64,000 bases of DNA from Candidatus Algichlamydia australiensis. GTDB lineage: Bacteria; Chlamydiota; Chlamydiia; Chlamydiales; JAJFMI01. The translations under genes and the position numbers were made by a program. Below, piece by piece: positions 30,697 to 40,460 of this stretch (its first letter is position 1; each line of letters begins with the position of its first letter). The notes under the pieces were generated by a model. That model saw only the letters and a list, made by a program, of their open reading frames with translations. It did not search any database and had not been told where the DNA came from. The stretch covers positions 576,001 to 640,000 of the forward strand of contig JAXCHI010000003.1 in the NCBI GenBank assembly GCA_033977065.1. Reading direction: 5' to 3'.

Positions 30697-33600
30697 GTGC
30701 ATCCATTTCCCTTTGAAGATTTAGACCGAGAAAAAGGAGTAGAGCTTTTAAAGAAAAAAGCTTTAGGTGAAGTTCTTTTTTCTCAAGGGACTTATCAAGT
30801 GGAAGTGGTAGATGAGGAGAGCTTTTGGCCCTTTTTACAGGTTAGCGATGAGGGAGAACTCAAAGATGGTTTTTGCACCTGTGAAACTTATGATGAGAAG
30901 CGCTCTTGCTCTCATTTGGCAGCCTCATACTTAATGATCATGCGGGATGAAAAAGCTCCGCTCCATTTACGTTTTCAAGACTCTCTGTTCTGTTTTCTTT
31001 GCAAGATGGCTTCACGTCGCCATGGTTATGAACCCGATGCGATTCATGTAAAAGAGGAGGGGGTTTTTGAAGCGAAATCTCTTTCTGGAAAAGAGCTCTT
31101 TTCTCTTAAATTAAAGAGCGAAACCGGTAAGAAAATTCTCAATGATCTGCTCTATAATCGACCGGTTGAAACTGAAGAGACCTCGTTAAAATTTTCTAAT
31201 CTACCTGCCGATGAGTTAGAGGCGTGGCGTGAAGGCAGACCTAGCGAATCCCTCAAATTTGAACTCTCTTTCTGGGCAGACCTGGCCAAACAGTTAATTT
31301 TATGGGTAGAGCAAAAGCAGAACTATAAAGTTGAATTTTCAAAAGAAGAGTTACCGAAACGCATTTGCATCACCTTCCCCGATCTAGAGCTTGTTTTTTA
31401 TATTGCGCGGGTCAATTGGCCTGAGCTCATCCCAACGCTTTGTAGTGTTAACTCGCCCCTTGAAGTCCGCGAGATGGAAGAGTGCGCAATTGAGAAAATC
31501 ACTTACGATAAAGAGGCGAAAAAATTTCAAATCCTCTCTAAAAACTTTGAGGGTTTACCGAAAGGCAAAGAGGGGATACAGGTAGGGGACTATCTCTACC
31601 ATCCAGGGGTAGGATTTTTTATGCAGCCAAGTGATGACCTGCTTACAAAAAAGGAGATCCCCCAAAATTTGATCGCAGAAACGCTCTTAAGACACGCCCC
31701 AATAATTGAGAGGCATCTGCAGGGCACAAAGATTACTTCATCAAAGCGCAAAGCGCGCTACTCGCTCTACATCGACGATGAGGGAAGTCTGCATGTAAAA
31801 CTCTATCTCTTTTCACCCGAAGATTTTGATCTGCCTACTTCATGTTATTACGGCCCTTGGGTCTACATAGAAAATCGCGGGTTTTTCCTTACAGAAGAGC
31901 AACTTTTCGAAGCAGAAAAGCGCGTAGTACCTTGGGATAAGGTGGGAGAGTTTGTCACACGACACCGGCAGTGGCTCTCTGAATTTGAAGGGTTTGGGAT
32001 TTTTTTAATTGGAGTGGAGTCGGAGCTCTCTTATCTCATCGATGAAGAGGGAAGTCTGCGCTTTACTGGCGATGTTCATGAAAAAGAGAGTGGAGCTGTT
32101 GACTATGGTGCTTGGCTCTATATTCGAGGACGCGGTTTTTATGCGAAAAAGGGAGAGCGGCGCACCTCCATTGTGCGGCCGGGTCTTGTTATTGAAAGAG
32201 AAGAGGTTTCGCACTTTATCCATGAACAGCGCGACGATTTGGAGAGCGTAGAGCGCTTTTTTTCTAACCACTGCCCTGTAGAAAAGAGCGGTTTGGAAAT
32301 TGGCTTTAATGATGCAGGAAACATTCACATTGAGCCAACTTACCTTCTTTTGCCTGAATACAAAAATCGCAAAGTCGATTTTTTTGAAGAGTTTGCTTAT
32401 GTCAAAGGGGAAGGTTTTTCTGAGATGCCATCTGGAATCCGGCTTCCTGCTGATTATCAGAGCGCACGCTCGATCGATCCAAAAGAACAAAAAGCCTTTT
32501 TACATTACGATTTAGATCAAATTATCCCTTTTGCGCTTGAAGTTGACCGTAAATTGCAAAAACCGCAGCGAATCTCTTTAAAAATCTACTCTCTTAGCCG
32601 TGCGCGTGGAGAGGGAGAGTGGCAGGTGGGATTGCGTTATGAGACAAATCTAGGAGGGCTCGATCTTTTTGCCATCTGGGAAGGAATTAAAGAGAAAAAA
32701 GCCTTTCTGCTTACTGACGCAGGTCTTATCAACTTAGCCCATCCACGTTACAACTGGCTTCATACGCTAAAAAAACGCCGCTTCTCCCGCGATCGCAAAA
32801 AAGTACGACTCACAACCTTAGAGTGGATCCGCCTTACAGCCTTTGAAGAGATTCAAAAGCCGATTGGAAAGGGGGAAGCAGAAAAAAAACTGCTGAAAAA
32901 TTTAGAGAAAATTAGCAGCTTTAAAACCCGTATTAAACCCGATATTACAGGACTTAAAAGCACTTTGCGACCCTATCAGACTGTTGGGGTTAACTGGCTC
33001 TTCTCTCTCTATTATCACGGTATTTCGGCTATGCTCTGCGATGAAATGGGTCTTGGGAAGACCCACCAAGCGATGGCGCTTATGTCAGCGATCAAAAATC
33101 GCGAAGCTGAGGCGAAAATATTAGTTGTTTGCCCTACCTCTGTCATTTATCACTGGGAAGAGCTGTTAAAAAACTTCCTTCCAGGTATCCGTACTTTGGT
33201 GTACTACGGAGTGACACGTTCTCTACGTGGCTTTGAAGAGAATTACGATCTTATCCTGACCTCATATGGAACTCTGCGCAGCGAAAAAGAGACATTTCCA
33301 GGGATGCACTTTGAGCTTGCTGTATTTGATGAACTGCAAATTGCCAAAAATAAGCAGTCGCAAACGCATCGCGCCTTGCGGCGCCTCGATGCTAAAATGC
33401 GCGTTGGTCTTACTGGAACACCCATTGAAAATCGCCTTCTTGAGCTTAAATCCCTTTTTGATATTATCCTTCCTGGCTTTATGCCAACCGATCAGATCTT
33501 CAAAGAGCTCTTCATCAAACCGATTGAGCAGCATCAAGATAAAGGCAAAGAAAAACTTCTATCACGCCTTATCAATCCCTTCATCTTGCGGAGAAAAAAA

Positions 33601-34371
33601 GATGAAGTTCTGCAAGATCTTCCCGAGCGAATTGAGGAGATTTCTTATTGCGATCTTTCTGATGAGCAGCACCGCCTTTACGAAGAGACCTATCTGCAAA
33701 GCCGCGATATGATCTCCCATGAGATGGAAGAGGACAAAGTTCCCTACATGCATATCTTTGCAATGCTCACACGTCTCAAACAAATTTGTGACCACCCCGC
33801 ACTTATTTCAAAAGATCCGCGAGAGTATGAACGCTATAAATCGGGGAAGTGGGAACTTTTTACAGAACTCCTTGCAGAAGCGCTTGAGAGTGGTCAAAAA
33901 GTTGTTGTATTCACACAGTTTGTGGACATGGCTGTTATTATTGAAAATCATCTGAAGAAAAAGAACATCGGCTTTGCTGGCATTCGCGGTGCTACACGCG
34001 ATCGCAAAGCGCAGCTTCATAAATTTCGCGATGACCCCGAGTGTCGTGTCTTTGTTGGAACACTGCAAGCAGCCGGTACAGGAATCGATCTGATCTCCGC
34101 CTCTGTTCTCATTCACTACGACCGCTGGTGGAATCCTGCTAAAGAAGAGCAGGCCACTGCCCGCGTGCACCGTATTGGCCAGCGCCGCGGGGTGCAAGTC
34201 TTCAAACTTGTGACGAAAAAAAGTGTCGAAGAGCACATTCATAACATTATCGAGAAGAAAAAGAAACTACAACGCATCGTTGGTTTTGATGATGAAAACA
34301 GCATCAAAACCTTAAGTGAATCAGAGCTTACGGACCTCATGCGAGAGCTTGGTCGTGACCTCTCCTCTTAA
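30697..34371 (+). CDS. SWIM zinc finger / SNF2-family helicase
   Basis: CTC...CSH SWIM motif; LCDEMGLGKT, DELQ, LTGTPIEN, LRRKK, WWNPA, ARVHRIGQ. Confidence 0.93.
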   Translation: MHPFPFEDLDREKGVELLKKKALGEVLFSQGTYQVEVVDEESFWPFLQVSDEGELKDGFCTCETYDEKRSCSHLAASYLMIMRDEKAPLHLRFQDSLFCFLCKMASRRHGYEPDAIHVKEEGVFEAKSLSGKELFSLKLKSETGKKILNDLLYNRPVETEETSLKFSNLPADELEAWREGRPSESLKFELSFWADLAKQLILWVEQKQNYKVEFSKEELPKRICITFPDLELVFYIARVNWPELIPTLCSVNSPLEVREMEECAIEKITYDKEAKKFQILSKNFEGLPKGKEGIQVGDYLYHPGVGFFMQPSDDLLTKKEIPQNLIAETLLRHAPIIERHLQGTKITSSKRKARYSLYIDDEGSLHVKLYLFSPEDFDLPTSCYYGPWVYIENRGFFLTEEQLFEAEKRVVPWDKVGEFVTRHRQWLSEFEGFGIFLIGVESELSYLIDEEGSLRFTGDVHEKESGAVDYGAWLYIRGRGFYAKKGERRTSIVRPGLVIEREEVSHFIHEQRDDLESVERFFSNHCPVEKSGLEIGFNDAGNIHIEPTYLLLPEYKNRKVDFFEEFAYVKGEGFSEMPSGIRLPADYQSARSIDPKEQKAFLHYDLDQIIPFALEVDRKLQKPQRISLKIYSLSRARGEGEWQVGLRYETNLGGLDLFAIWEGIKEKKAFLLTDAGLINLAHPRYNWLHTLKKRRFSRDRKKVRLTTLEWIRLTAFEEIQKPIGKGEAEKKLLKNLEKISSFKTRIKPDITGLKSTLRPYQTVGVNWLFSLYYHGISAMLCDEMGLGKTHQAMALMSAIKNREAEAKILVVCPTSVIYHWEELLKNFLPGIRTLVYYGVTRSLRGFEENYDLILTSYGTLRSEKETFPGMHFELAVFDELQIAKNKQSQTHRALRRLDAKMRVGLTGTPIENRLLELKSLFDIILPGFMPTDQIFKELFIKPIEQHQDKGKEKLLSRLINPFILRRKKDEVLQDLPERIEEISYCDLSDEQHRLYEETYLQSRDMISHEMEEDKVPYMHIFAMLTRLKQICDHPALISKDPREYERYKSGKWELFTELLAEALESGQKVVVFTQFVDMAVIIENHLKKKNIGFAGIRGATRDRKAQLHKFRDDPECRVFVGTLQAAGTGIDLISASVLIHYDRWWNPAKEEQATARVHRIGQRRGVQVFKLVTKKSVEEHIHNIIEKKKKLQRIVGFDDENSIKTLSESELTDLMRELGRDLSS

Positions 34372-34712
34372 AAACAAGCGTGAACTAGTTTTGCAAGAGT
34401 TTTTAAAGTGGGGTTCCTTGATTTAATTGTATTATAAACAGTTGACCTAGAAAGGTTTGTTTTATTTGAAAGTTCTGATTTGTTAAGTGTTTCAAGATAT
34501 GTTTCAATTACCTCAATAACTCCCTCAGCATCACCATCTTTTAGGCATTCCCAAATCACACGGCTTACAAATTTTTCGTTTAAAAGCTCTTTTGTTGGGT
34601 TACACTTTCGAATTCCAGATCTTCTTTTAAGTCTCATTTTATTTGGCTCACTTCGTGTCGACGTACTCTTTGAGGATCTTTTTTGCCTTTTTGATATCTT
34701 TGCTTTGCCCAT
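34368..34712 (-). CDS. HTH antitoxin (HI1420-like addiction module antidote)
   Basis: LNKSELSNKTNLSRSTVY...NPTLKTLAKLV; coupled to the upstream toxin. Confidence 0.78.
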   Translation of the reverse strand: MGKAKISKRQKRSSKSTSTRSEPNKMRLKRRSGIRKCNPTKELLNEKFVSRVIWECLKDGDAEGVIEVIETYLETLNKSELSNKTNLSRSTVYNTIKSRNPTLKTLAKLVHACF

Positions 34713-34953
34713 TTTTATTTCCGCCTAATAACAATAATAAATCTTTTTCGGGAATGTAAGCATAATATACTCTCCTTCCATTTTTCCACCGTAATTCCCA
34801 AACACCTTCTCGAAGATCCTTGTGATCTCCGAAGTAACCTTCCTCTTGAATCAAAGAAAGTCGTTTCAGGATCTGAAATTGGCTCTTCCCTTGTTGCTGG
34901 TCAAACCATTCGTCATATTCTTCTGTCTTATAAATATTACCGGCTTTATCCAC
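34648..34953 (-). CDS. RelE/ParE-family toxin (HI1419-like)
   Basis: YDEWF...GYFGDHK.L.EGVWELRWKNGRRVYYA...LLLGGNKNGQSKDIKKAK; start GTG 34953 inferred from the promoter position. Confidence 0.85.
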   Translation of the reverse strand: MDKAGNIYKTEEYDEWFDQQQGKSQFQILKRLSLIQEEGYFGDHKDLREGVWELRWKNGRRVYYAYIPEKDLLLLLGGNKNGQSKDIKKAKKILKEYVDTK

Positions 34954-34958
34954 AACAA

Positions 34959-34989
34959 AGATTGTCCAACATGTTGGACAATCTGTCAA
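34959..34989 (-). promoter_or_regulatory. Sigma70-type promoter overlapped by a perfect 26 bp palindrome (likely TA operator)
   Basis: Minus strand TTGACA-N17-GACAAT; palindrome agattgtccaacatgttggacaatct at 34959-34984. Confidence 0.72.
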
Positions 34990-35081
34990 TATATTTTTTA
35001 TCTCTTCTTCGGTGTAATAAAAAATAAGTAAAATTTTTACTTCACTGTACTTTTTTCTAAAGTTAGGTTATCATTCTCTTC

Positions 35082-36407
35082 GTGAAGAAGCCTAAGATCG
35101 CCTTAGTTGGGAGACCCAACGTGGGTAAGTCCTCCTTATTTAACCGAATTTGCCGCAAACGCAGCTCCATCGTGGATGAGATGGAGGGAGTTACGCGCGA
35201 TCGTCTCTACGGTGAGGCGGAAATTTTTGGTAAACATTTTACTTTAATTGATACGGGCGGGATTGATCTGGAGGAGCAAATTCCATTTTGGGAGGAGGTC
35301 CGCGGTCAGGCTGAGCATGCGATTCATGAAGCGGATGCTATCATTCTTGTTGTTGATGGAAAGGTAGGGGTGACCAAGGCGGATGAGGAGATCGCCCGTC
35401 TTTTGCGCGCTTCACCAAAGCCACTTATTCTCGCTGTCAATAAAATTGACAATGAAAAATTAGAAAAAAATCTGCACGATTTCTACTCGCTTGGTGTTGA
35501 AAAAATGCTTGCCGTTTCGGCAACGCAGGGAACAATGATCGCAGAGCTTTTAGAGCATGCGCTAGAAAATATAGAGGGTGAAGAAGAAGTACACGACCCT
35601 TCGATTAAAGTTGCCATTATTGGCCGGCCCAATGTAGGGAAATCCACACTTCTCAACCATCTTCTCGGCACAGCGCGCTCTGTTGTTAGCGATGTGGCCG
35701 GTACTACCCGCGATGCCATTGATGCGCATGTTGTATTTGATGACAAAGAGTACCTTTTTATTGATACAGCAGGTTTGCGACGTAAGCATAAAGAGCCTGA
35801 GGTCGTCGACAAATTTGCGCGCATTCGCAGCATGAAGGCGATTGAGCGAGCGGATATCTGTCTCTTTATGATGGATGGTACGGAAGGCCTCACAACACAA
35901 GAGAAGCGCTATCTGCAGGAAATTGAGAAGCAGGGGAAAGGAGCGCTGCTCTTTTTCAATAAGTGGGATCTCATTGAGGGACATCGCATGGAGCACTGCG
36001 AAAAGGCGATCCGTGAAATTGTGCCCTCCTTAAATTACGCACCAATTTTGTTTGGCTCTGCCAAAAAGGGGCGTAATGTGGAGAAAATTTTTCCGCTTTT
36101 AGAAAAAATTCATGCCTCACTCAAAATGCGCATTACAACAGGGCAACTCAACTCTTTCTTAGAGAAAACGATGCAGATGGTGCACCCTCCCATGATCAAA
36201 GGCAAGCGGTTGCGAGTCTACTACATGACACAAGTCAAATCGTTGCCACCCCACTTTGTGCTTTTTGTGAATCACCCCGACCGCATGACACGTGCTTACG
36301 AAAAGTATTTAATCAATAGCTTCCGCAAACAGTTCTCTTTTACCGGCGCGCCTATCCGCTGGAATTTGCGCAAGAAGAAAAAAGCTGAGTTCCACCCAGA
36401 CCGTTAA
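35082..36407 (+). CDS. der: Ribosome biogenesis GTPase Der
   Basis: Two GRPNVGKS G domains, DTGG/DTAG, NKID/NKWD. Confidence 0.97.
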   Translation: MKKPKIALVGRPNVGKSSLFNRICRKRSSIVDEMEGVTRDRLYGEAEIFGKHFTLIDTGGIDLEEQIPFWEEVRGQAEHAIHEADAIILVVDGKVGVTKADEEIARLLRASPKPLILAVNKIDNEKLEKNLHDFYSLGVEKMLAVSATQGTMIAELLEHALENIEGEEEVHDPSIKVAIIGRPNVGKSTLLNHLLGTARSVVSDVAGTTRDAIDAHVVFDDKEYLFIDTAGLRRKHKEPEVVDKFARIRSMKAIERADICLFMMDGTEGLTTQEKRYLQEIEKQGKGALLFFNKWDLIEGHRMEHCEKAIREIVPSLNYAPILFGSAKKGRNVEKIFPLLEKIHASLKMRITTGQLNSFLEKTMQMVHPPMIKGKRLRVYYMTQVKSLPPHFVLFVNHPDRMTRAYEKYLINSFRKQFSFTGAPIRWNLRKKKKAEFHPDR

Positions 36408-36440
36408 AATAATGGTCAAAATCTTGAAAAAAGTTTATTA

Positions 36441-37547
36441 TTGATGGAACTGATGAAGTATGAAATTCCATTATTACCTATCTCTTTCGATCTTGAGACG
36501 AAGTCAATTTTAAAAAAACTGGCTCATGCTCATCGCGCACTTGCTGAGCTCAAAGGTGTTACAGGGATCATTCCCAATCAAAGTATTTTGATTGATACGC
36601 TGCTGTTGCAAGAAGCAAAAGAGAGTTCTGAAATTGAAAATATCATTACAACTCACGATGAACTCTATAAATATAGTGCGATACTTAAGGATTCTGCTTC
36701 AAAATCTGTAAAAGAAGTACACAATTATGCAGCAGCGCTTCGCAGAGGTTATGACAAAGTAAAAGAGAGTAGCTTGCTCACGAATAACCTTATTTTAGAA
36801 ATTCAAGCTGTAATTGAAGAAAATAGCGCGGGTTTCCGTAAATTACCAGGTACAGAGCTGATAAATGAACAAACAGGACAAGTTGTTTACTCACCTCCAC
36901 AAGATGGTCAAGTCATAAAAGAGTTAATGGCCAATCTTGAGAAGTTTATAAATGATGAATCTTTGAGTAGCCTTGATTCTCTGACAAAAATGGCTATTAT
37001 TCATCATCAATTTGAAAGCATACATCCGTTTTATGATGGAAATGGGCGCACAGGACGAATCATTAATGTGCTTTATCTGGTGAAAAATGGGCTTCTTGAT
37101 ACACCTGTTCTTTACCTTTCTCGCTCTATTAACAAAAAAAAATCGGAATACTATCGGCTGCTTCAATCTGTTCGAAAAAATAAAAATAGTTGGGAAGAGT
37201 GGGTGCTATTTATTTTGGATGCCGTGATTGAGACATCTTTTCATACCATATCACTTATCCAAAAAATGCGTGATCTTATGCTTCATCATAAAAATCATAT
37301 CCGTGAAAAACTTCCAAAAATTTATAGTCAAGATCTACTCAACAATCTATTTCGCCATCCTTATACAAAAGTTGATTTTGTTACAAGCGAGCTAAGAATT
37401 CACCGAAATACGGCACGCAAATACTTAGATGAATTATTAGGGATTGGCATTGTTTCTAAGTATAAAATTGGCAAAGATAGTTTTTATATCAATACTGAGT
37501 TATTTGAGCTTTTGAAAAATTCAGGTCCTTTTGATAGGAACGGGTAG
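36441..37547 (+). CDS. Fic family protein (class II, N-terminal inhibitory helix, C-terminal HTH)
   Basis: HPFYDGNGRTGR active site; SSEIEN inhibitory motif. Confidence 0.93.
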   Translation: MMELMKYEIPLLPISFDLETKSILKKLAHAHRALAELKGVTGIIPNQSILIDTLLLQEAKESSEIENIITTHDELYKYSAILKDSASKSVKEVHNYAAALRRGYDKVKESSLLTNNLILEIQAVIEENSAGFRKLPGTELINEQTGQVVYSPPQDGQVIKELMANLEKFINDESLSSLDSLTKMAIIHHQFESIHPFYDGNGRTGRIINVLYLVKNGLLDTPVLYLSRSINKKKSEYYRLLQSVRKNKNSWEEWVLFILDAVIETSFHTISLIQKMRDLMLHHKNHIREKLPKIYSQDLLNNLFRHPYTKVDFVTSELRIHRNTARKYLDELLGIGIVSKYKIGKDSFYINTELFELLKNSGPFDRNG

Positions 37548-37557
37548 GAAAAAGTTC

Positions 37558-37626
37558 TGCACAAGAAATGGCGTTTTCTTGTGCATGTTTTGACTGTGTG
37601 CACAAGAAATGCTGTTTTCTTGTGCA
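37558..37626. repeat. Two tandem 28 bp palindromes
   Basis: tgcacaagaaatggcgttttcttgtgca (37558-37585) and tgcacaagaaatgctgttttcttgtgca (37599-37626), 13 bp apart. Confidence 0.85.
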
Positions 37627-37670
37627 GATATGAGCCATGCAGTTTGGATTTTCATTTAGGAGAACTCTCA

Positions 37671-38996
37671 GTGAAGTACAAAAAAACTCTTTTTTTATTC
37701 CATCGCGACTTAAGGTTACAAGATAACTTAGGGTTTATTGAAGCGGTAGAGCACTCTGAAACCGTCTTCCCTGTTTTTATTTTTGATAAGAAGCAGGTTG
37801 GGAAAGAAAATACCTATTTTTCAGAAAATGCTTTTCAATTCATGCTGGAGTCTTTAGAAGAGCTCGAAAAAGAGTTGGATGGAAAACTCTCCTTTTTTCA
37901 AGGAAATACGCTAGAATTGATTCCTCAAATCATTAAAAAGTACCAAATTGAGGCGCTCTTTTGTAACCGCGATTACACCCCTTTTGCTAGGAAACGGGAT
38001 AACAATATCAAGAAAATTTGTGCAGAGTTGGGTATAGATTTTTCTATTTTCGATGATGCCCTTCTGAATCCACCAGAGAAGGTCGTCAAAAAAGATGGAA
38101 AACCCTACGAGGTTTTCACTCCATACTACAAGTCAGCTTCGCTCCATTTAGTCTCTTATCCAAAGAGACATGTAGGGGGGAAGTATGAGAAAATTAGCAG
38201 AGATAGGCTTCCTGAGTACAAGAAAAATCCGCACATTTTTGTAAATGGAGGAAGAGAGAGGGCGAAAAAAATTTTAGTTGGGATAGAAAATTTACGTAAC
38301 TATGCAAATGAGCGCGACTTTCCCTACATTAACCAGACTTCAAAACTCTCTGCTCACCATAAATTTGGAACGATTTCCATTCGTGAAACCTATCATGTGA
38401 TCAAAAAAAAATTAGGACCATCTCACCCTCTAATTAGGCAGCTCTATTGGCGCGATTTTTTTACACACATCGCTTTTTTCTATCCACATGTGTTTGGAAA
38501 CGCCTTTCAGCACCGCTACAGTTCCATCAATTGGCGCAGTTCTGAAAAAGATTTTGCTCTTTGGTGTGAAGGAAAAACTGGCTTTCCTTTTGTAGATGCA
38601 GGCATGCGTCAGCTCAATAAAACAGGGTGGATGCACAATCGTTTGCGCATGGTAGTCGCCTCATTCCTGACTAAAGATCTTCTTATAGATTGGCGCTTGG
38701 GGGAACGCTACTTTGCTCAGAAGCTTGTTGATTACGATCCCTGCGTCAACAACGGGAGTTGGCAATGGGCCTCTTCCACAGGTTGTGATGCGCAGCCCTA
38801 TTTTCGTATTTTTAATCCTTGGCTCCAGCAAAAGCGTTTTGACCCAGAAGGGAAGTACATTAAAGAGTATGTTCCGGAGTTAAAAGGGTATGATCCTAAG
38901 TCCCTTCTCAACCCTGACGGAATTGAGGGATACCACCCTCTTATTTGCGATCACAAAGAGAGAACAGCTGAAGCAAAAGCCCTTTTTTCGAAGTAG
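37671..38996 (+). CDS. phr: Deoxyribodipyrimidine photolyase (class I CPD type)
   Basis: HRDLRLQDN, TSKLSAH.KFGTIS, QLYWRDF, GKTGFPFVDAGMRQL, WMHNRLRM, NNGSWQW, YFRIFNP; GTG 37671 follows AGGAG. Confidence 0.95.
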   Translation: MKYKKTLFLFHRDLRLQDNLGFIEAVEHSETVFPVFIFDKKQVGKENTYFSENAFQFMLESLEELEKELDGKLSFFQGNTLELIPQIIKKYQIEALFCNRDYTPFARKRDNNIKKICAELGIDFSIFDDALLNPPEKVVKKDGKPYEVFTPYYKSASLHLVSYPKRHVGGKYEKISRDRLPEYKKNPHIFVNGGRERAKKILVGIENLRNYANERDFPYINQTSKLSAHHKFGTISIRETYHVIKKKLGPSHPLIRQLYWRDFFTHIAFFYPHVFGNAFQHRYSSINWRSSEKDFALWCEGKTGFPFVDAGMRQLNKTGWMHNRLRMVVASFLTKDLLIDWRLGERYFAQKLVDYDPCVNNGSWQWASSTGCDAQPYFRIFNPWLQQKRFDPEGKYIKEYVPELKGYDPKSLLNPDGIEGYHPLICDHKERTAEAKALFSK

Positions 38997-38998
38997 AA

Positions 38999-39376
38999 TT
39001 AAGCGGGGTCGTACTTCCACTCAATGTCATCAATAATTTTTGTCCGGTAGACCCAGGGATCCTTGTTTTCGCGGAGAAGGCGATCACACCCTTTCAGGTA
39101 GCCGCGAATAAAACCGTAGCGACGGATGGCCAGTAGCATGTACTGGGAGCTAGTGGGGCGGAAATGACTACGCGGACCATCTGTTGGAGAAAGGATGTTT
39201 TGGTGGAAACGGATCACTTTTTCTGCGACTTTGCCCGCTAAGCTTTTCGGTGGAGGGGGCATGATAAAGTCCGTTTTTTTCTTGATAAGTCCCGCGTCTT
39301 TGCCCCATGGCTCAACGTAGCCAGGTTCTGCTAGAAGTGTCAGAGGGAAGAGCAGAAGAAAAATTTTAAAACGCAT
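38999..39376 (-). CDS. yidD: YidD-like membrane protein insertion efficiency factor with signal-like N-terminus
   Basis: FHQ..LSP.DGPRSHFRPTSSQY...AIRRYG...GCDRLLR; Ser replaces the first two usual Cys. Confidence 0.75.
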   Translation of the reverse strand: MRFKIFLLLFPLTLLAEPGYVEPWGKDAGLIKKKTDFIMPPPPKSLAGKVAEKVIRFHQNILSPTDGPRSHFRPTSSQYMLLAIRRYGFIRGYLKGCDRLLRENKDPWVYRTKIIDDIEWKYDPA

Positions 39377-40460
39377 ATCGCAGAGTTAAGATAGGAAATA
39401 GTTTCTCTTTAGCCATGTAAGGGTAAGCGCAATTCTCATACGCGCGCTCATTATGATGTTTAGCTGCTTCACCGGCACCGTAGATACCCCCGAAGTACCA
39501 GCCCGCTTCAAAGCTTGTGGTGATGAGACCGGCTGCGATGTTGCCATCAAGAAAAAAGTAGGTAGCAGCGCCGATGAAGAGACCGTTGAGAAGCAGAGCA
39601 GTAAAAGCTGTGCCTTTCTGTCCGACGTAGAGATAGCCAGCACCAGGAAGAATCGCGTTAAGTGTCTCCGCTTTCGTGATGGACTTCATTTTTGATTCGT
39701 AACAGTCGAGGACAGGATAGATGATGCGCTCAGCTGTTTTAGGCTCAGCTTCTTCTATTTTTTCAAGTATCTGAATGTCGGCATGCTTAAGAGCTGTTGA
39801 TAGGGCGAGCTCTTTGGCCGTTTCTGGATAAAATTTTTGAATGTGATCGAGGATTACTTCTGCTGCAAGGCTCTCTTGGGTAGCGAGATTCGATTCGTAG
39901 AGGATGATGAGAAGATCATGGTAAGCGGGAAAACTGGGATCGACAGAGCGCAGGTGAGAGCAAGTGAAGGTTTGAAGAGCCTCTTCGTAGCGTTTACCAA
40001 GGTAGTAACTTAAAATGATATTGTACTCTGCTTCTTGCAGCCGCTTCATATCTTTTGTGCCAAGAAGGATGGCTGAGCGGCGAAAGGCAGTAATAGCACG
40101 GTAGAGGTCGAGCTCTTTGGCGAATGCGAGGCCAATTTCATACTCTCGTCCCCAGTTTGTAGTCAATTCTTCTCTAGAGAGGGGAGGAAATGGAGAGGAG
40201 AGCTTCTTTAGATGCTGCTCCTGGACCGTATAATTGATTTGAGGTTCAAGTTTTTCGTTGCTAACGCGGTTGCAGCTTGTAACAAGGGAGAGGATCAGTG
40301 CAGAGCTAGTCGAGATCCTCAGGAGTCTTGATGAGATCAATCGCTTGGTCAAACTCTTCTGGTACAGAGTAGTCACGCCAGAGATTTTCTCTCTCTTCCG
40401 TGATCTTATCATATTCATGGAAGCTATGAATAATCTGAGGTTTGACAAACATAATAACAT
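39366..40460 (-). CDS. TPR-like putative lipoprotein with C-terminal hydrophobic (TM2-like) segment; true start probably near 40345
   Basis: Lipobox-like LVTSC, helical repeats, LNAILPGAGYLYVG; the 5' part of the track ORF overlaps cdsC. Confidence 0.7.
   Translation of the reverse strand: MLLCLSNLRLFIASMNMIRSRKREKISGVTTLYQKSLTKRLISSRLLRISTSSALILSLVTSCNRVSNEKLEPQINYTVQEQHLKKLSSPFPPLSREELTTNWGREYEIGLAFAKELDLYRAITAFRRSAILLGTKDMKRLQEAEYNIILSYYLGKRYEEALQTFTCSHLRSVDPSFPAYHDLLIILYESNLATQESLAAEVILDHIQKFYPETAKELALSTALKHADIQILEKIEEAEPKTAERIIYPVLDCYESKMKSITKAETLNAILPGAGYLYVGQKGTAFTALLLNGLFIGAATYFFLDGNIAAGLITTSFEAGWYFGGIYGAGEAAKHHNERAYENCAYPYMAKEKLFPILTLRYAF

Noticed and set aside
37558..37626. CRISPR array
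   Set aside because: Only two units with a 13 bp spacer, and no cas genes in the window.
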